DNA of 64,000 bases from Alphaproteobacteria bacterium. Lineage in GTDB: Bacteria; Pseudomonadota; Alphaproteobacteria; UBA7887. A program made the position numbers and the translations under genes. Position 1 is the first letter of the stretch, and the number at the start of each line of letters is the position of its first letter. The stretch lies in assembly GCA_965216755.1 (NCBI GenBank), contig CBDCGL010000011.1, positions 3,232,001 to 3,296,000 of the forward strand, in the 5' to 3' direction. Below, piece after piece: positions 61,201 through 64,000 of this stretch. The notes beneath the pieces were generated by a model. It ran no database searches. It was not told the origin of the DNA and saw only the letters and a program-made list of their open reading frames with translations.

Positions 61201-62117
61201 CACGCACCCTGCGCTTTCTGCTGCTGTTTTTGGAACAGCAAGATCGGCCCGGCCAACAGCGCCAACATAACAATCGCCACGGCCGAGGCCAGGGGCCAAT
61301 CACGGTTGTTGAAGAACTCCACCCACAGAGTCTTGCCGATCATCAGTGTTTCGGATCCCCCGAGCAGGTCGGGAATGACAAACTCGCCGACCGCTGGAAT
61401 GAACACCAGCAGGCACCCGGCCAATATGCCGGGCGCCGCCAACGGCACGGTGATCATCCAAAACGCTTTCAACGGCCGGCAACCGAGGTCGGCGGCCGCT
61501 TCCAACAGATCGTTGTCCAAGCGAATCAGCGACGCATAGACCGGCAGGATCATGAACGGCAAATAGGAATAGACGATACCGATATGGACGGCGACGTTGG
61601 TGTTGATGATCTGTATGGGCTGGTCAATGACTCCGAGCCCTACCAAGAGGCTGTTTAGATAGCCTTCGTTCTTCAAGATTCCGATCCAGGCATAGACGCG
61701 AATCAGAAAAGATGTCCAAAACGGAAGAATCACAAGCATCAGCAAGGTGGCGCGCCAGCCCGCCGGGGCACGCGCGATGCCATAGGCGATCGGAAAACCA
61801 ACCAATAGCGTAATTATGGTTGCTATGGCGGCGATCTTAAGGCTGGAGACATAAGCGCGTAAATAGATGTTGTCTTCGTAAAGCGCGAGGTAGTTCCAAA
61901 TATTCAGTGAAATGTTCAGTGTTGCTTCGCCGAAGTCGGGGTCGGCGTGCCATTCGGTTATCGGCAAATAGGGGGGGATGGCGATCGCCACCTCGGAAAA
62001 ACTAATCTTCAGCACAATTGAGAACGGGACCAGAAAAAACAGCAGCAACCACAGATAGGGCAAACCGATCACGGCCAATCGGCCGCGCAGTCTTCGCCCG
62101 CCTGGCGCCGCGGTCAC
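61197..62117 (-). CDS. potH: Putrescine ABC transporter permease
   Basis: LPFWTSFLIRVYAW, YSYLPFM, EAAADLG, EFFNNRDWP. Confidence 0.92.
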   Translation of the reverse strand: MTAAPGGRRLRGRLAVIGLPYLWLLLFFLVPFSIVLKISFSEVAIAIPPYLPITEWHADPDFGEATLNISLNIWNYLALYEDNIYLRAYVSSLKIAAIATIITLLVGFPIAYGIARAPAGWRATLLMLVILPFWTSFLIRVYAWIGILKNEGYLNSLLVGLGVIDQPIQIINTNVAVHIGIVYSYLPFMILPVYASLIRLDNDLLEAAADLGCRPLKAFWMITVPLAAPGILAGCLLVFIPAVGEFVIPDLLGGSETLMIGKTLWVEFFNNRDWPLASAVAIVMLALLAGPILLFQKQQQKAQGAW

Positions 62118-63280
62118 GAGGCCAATACCACGCCGGCTTCGGGCGTCCAGCTCAGCGTCACCGGATCTTCCCAGGTAATCTGGTGCTCGCGGCGCCGTGC
62201 GCGGTTGGCTTCGCTGGCCCGCACGATGCGCCCGTCCGCCAAACGCACGTGATAAATTGTGGCCGCCCCCAAATAACCAATATCGTCGACAATGCCGGCC
62301 AAGCTGTTGGTTGGCGTGGTGGCCGGCGCAATATCGCCGTCCCGCCGCGCGATGGTGATTTTCTCCGGGCGAATGGCGACCCAAGCGGTCGCACCGGGCG
62401 CGGTGCTGATGCCATGGTCGATTTCGAACAAGCACGCCACGTCGGTGCCGCGCAAATGAACGTGATCGGATTCGTCGGTAACGATGCGCCCCTCGAATAT
62501 GTTGACGCTGCCGACAAAATCCGCGACCAGCCGCGAGTTGGGATACTCATAGATCTCGTGTGGCGGCGCCACTTGCTTGACCTGCCCACCGTGCATAATC
62601 GCCATCCGCCCCGCCATGGTCATGGCTTCTTCTTGATCGTGGGTGACGACCACGAACGTCACGCCGGTCGATTCCTGAATATTGACCAGCTCGAATTGGG
62701 TCGCTTCGCGTAGGTTTTTGTCCAGCGCCGCCAGTGGTTCGTCCAGCAACAATAGCTTGGGGCGCTTGACCAGGGCGCGGGCCAGTGCGACTCGTTGGCG
62801 CTGGCCACCGGAAAGCTGGTGCGGCCGGCGCTTGGCAAATGAGTCCAATTGTACCAGCGCCAGCATTTCAGCCACACGCGCCCCGCAATCGGCGCGCGCG
62901 ACGCCGTCTTGTTTGAGCCCAAACGCGATATTGTCGGACACCGACATATGCGGAAACAGGGCATAGGATTGAAACATCATGTTGACCGGACGCTGATAGG
63001 GCGGCACTGCGGCCATGTCCACGCCGTCAATGGCGATGGTGCCGGCGCTTGGTGACTCGAAGCCGGCGAGCATGCGCAGCAGGGTCGTCTTGCCGCAACC
63101 GGACGGGCCAAGCAGCGCAAAAAACTCACCTCCCATGATCTCCAACGAGACATTGTCGACGGCGGTGAAACTGCCAAAGCGCTTGGAGACATTGGTGATA
63201 CGGATCAGCGGCGCCGCCAACGCCGCGGCGCCGTCAGGCGCGGCTGGCAAAATCAGCGACCTGCCTTCACCCGTGTCCAA
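62114..63280 (-). CDS. potG: Putrescine ABC transporter ATPase
   Basis: GPSGCGKTT, FQSYALFPHM, LSGGQ, LLLDEP, C-terminal TOBE region. Start uncertain. Confidence 0.92.
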   Translation of the reverse strand: MDTGEGRSLILPAAPDGAAALAAPLIRITNVSKRFGSFTAVDNVSLEIMGGEFFALLGPSGCGKTTLLRMLAGFESPSAGTIAIDGVDMAAVPPYQRPVNMMFQSYALFPHMSVSDNIAFGLKQDGVARADCGARVAEMLALVQLDSFAKRRPHQLSGGQRQRVALARALVKRPKLLLLDEPLAALDKNLREATQFELVNIQESTGVTFVVVTHDQEEAMTMAGRMAIMHGGQVKQVAPPHEIYEYPNSRLVADFVGSVNIFEGRIVTDESDHVHLRGTDVACLFEIDHGISTAPGATAWVAIRPEKITIARRDGDIAPATTPTNSLAGIVDDIGYLGAATIYHVRLADGRIVRASEANRARRREHQITWEDPVTLSWTPEAGVVLAS

Positions 63281-64000
63281 ATGCGATTGACAAAACGCTG
63301 TGCGCGCGGCGAATAGGGGGTCGTCAAATACAAATTGGCCATCACATCGGGAGTCGGATAAATCGTTGGGTCGCCAAGAATGTCAGGTTCGACCAAACTG
63401 TTCGACGCAGCGTTGGCGTTGGCGTACCAAACATAGTTGGTTGCCTCGGCAATCACCTCGGGACGCATCATATAGTCGATGAATGCATGGGCATTTTCGG
63501 CATTGGGCGCGTCCGCGGGAACGGCCATCAGGTCCATCCACATCAAAGCGCCTTCGCGCGGAATGGCATAGGCGACCTCGACATCATTCTCGGCCTCGGC
63601 GGCGCGGTCGGCGGCCTGTAGCACATCGCCCGACCAGCCCAGCGCCAGACAAATATCACCGTTGGCCAGCGCGTTGATGTATTCCGACGAATGGAACTTG
63701 GTGACGTGTGGGCGCATGGCGTTCAGCACCGGCTCGGCCTGGGCCAACACACCGGGTTCCTTGCTGTCCGGATCGAGACCGATATAGGTTAGCGCCGCCG
63801 GGATCACCTCGTCCGCCGCGTCAATGATATGGACACCGCAATCGGCAAAGCGCGACAGAATGTCGGGATCAAAGATCATCGCCAGCGAATCGACCGGCGC
63901 GTCGGGCATGCGCTCTTTGATCATCGCCGTGTTATAGCCGAGGCCGGTCGTGCCCCACATATAGACCACGCCATATTGGTTGTTTGGATCCCAGGTCTCG
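63253..64000 (-). CDS. potF: Putrescine-binding periplasmic protein (partial; start is outside the window)
   Basis: YMWGTTGLGYN, FHSSEYINALANGDIC, GWSGD, IPREGA, C-terminal WTRVKAG. Confidence 0.9.
   Translation of the reverse strand, partial: ETWDPNNQYGVVYMWGTTGLGYNTAMIKERMPDAPVDSLAMIFDPDILSRFADCGVHIIDAADEVIPAALTYIGLDPDSKEPGVLAQAEPVLNAMRPHVTKFHSSEYINALANGDICLALGWSGDVLQAADRAAEAENDVEVAYAIPREGALMWMDLMAVPADAPNAENAHAFIDYMMRPEVIAEATNYVWYANANAASNSLVEPDILGDPTIYPTPDVMANLYLTTPYSPRAQRFVNRIWTRVKAGR

Overview
High-GC alphaproteobacterial chromosome segment (gene content and synteny most like Rhodospirillales) spanning the replication origin. Almost all of it is core genome. In order: dnaK (partial)/grpE/hrcA; rph-rdgB-hemW; an LpoA-like lipoprotein divergent from rsmI-yraN-BON-gshB-comM; the hisB..hisE-HIT operon; hslVU; tim44-mltA-lutABC-smr; fxsA-secB; ppsR-maf-aroE-coaE-dnaQ; oriC (~30.0-30.36 kb); hemE-hemH-hemJ-rho; qor/DLH/yyaL/ferredoxin; mnmE-parS-mnmG-rsmG(parS)-parA-parB; holA-lptE-leuS-DUF3576; a porin; two TPR-sulfotransferases; a ThiE-like gene; yggS; a hypothetical gene; ribA; cenR; xth; potIHGF (partial). 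I found no rRNA, tRNA, CRISPR array, prophage or transposase. The best leads are: (1) an AT-rich 88-bp element with perfect 25-bp terminal inverted repeats that carries two NrdR-box-like motifs, between convergent genes (59468-59555); (2) tandem TPR-sulfotransferases, the second of which has lost its PAPS-binding motif; (3) a candidate ~80-nt sRNA with an Irr/Fur-like box between hisB and hslV; (4) an uncharacterised gene with a sigma54 promoter and an FlbD/ftr-like enhancer; (5) lutABC inserted into the mltA-smr operon; (6) a CIR/RIME-like two-hairpin repeat starting at the fxsA stop codon. All calls come from reading the sequence and recognising motifs; no searches were run.
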